From: Felis catus
Lineage: Eukaryota
Direction of reading: 5' to 3'
NCBI RefSeq assembly: GCF_018350175.1
Contig: NC_058368.1
Location: 218,800,001-218,864,000, forward strand
DNA length: 64,000 nucleotides
Part shown: piece after piece, positions 63,820 through 64,000 of the stretch
Layout: each line of letters starts with the position of its first letter
Position numbering within the stretch: the stretch's first letter is position 1
The notes under the pieces: model-generated
The model's database searches: none
Told to the model about the DNA's origin: nothing
The model's input: only the letters and a program-made list of their open reading frames with translations
Position numbers and translations under genes: made by a program

Positions 63820-64000
63820 AAAAATATCTTTAAAACTTGTTGCCTTTTCCAGACCTTTCGTTAATGATGACATTTTATGATTTCTACTTTTTTAAGATGA
63901 AGAAACACTCACAAAATGCAAACATTACTCAGTGAAATTATCTCATCAACTCTCAATAACATTTTGAAAGCAACATTGTATTTTCCAAAATAAAGATAAA

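Noticed and set aside
280..63864. Recurring ORFs resembling MAQ(L/S)V..PTSAQVMIS..SSPASGSVLTAQSLEP as a multicopy protein family
   Set aside because: They are read-throughs of Can-SINE bodies with TSDs and A-tails, not genes.

Overview
AT-rich mammalian nuclear DNA from a felid (cat family). The assignment rests on about 29 tRNA-derived Can-SINEs, including young SINEC_Fc-type copies, and on felid-type LINE-1 elements. I see no recognisable protein-coding gene, RNA gene, CpG island or promoter. The ORF track consists of SINE read-through, microsatellite frames, L1 ORF1/ORF2 remnants and short unrecognised frames. The window looks like a repeat-dense intergenic or large-intron region: old L1M, L2, MIR, MaLR/ERV LTR and MER58 fossils overlaid by carnivore/felid SINE and L1 insertions, most with readable target-site duplications (TSDs). 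I found no evidence for a new biological system. The best-supported unusual structures are: (1) a young L1 at 61406-62244 carrying a ~120-bp 3'-transduced non-L1 segment and a second A-tail inside one TSD; (2) a ~5.3-kb L1 at 38290-43593 that keeps its 5' end but has lost the ORF1 start and probably part of the 5'UTR; (3) two L1 copies 10 kb apart sharing unusual variants; (4) an ancient 111-bp local duplication at 20719 and 23947. Repeat subfamily names come from recalled consensus motifs, not database searches, and boundaries of old repeats are approximate.
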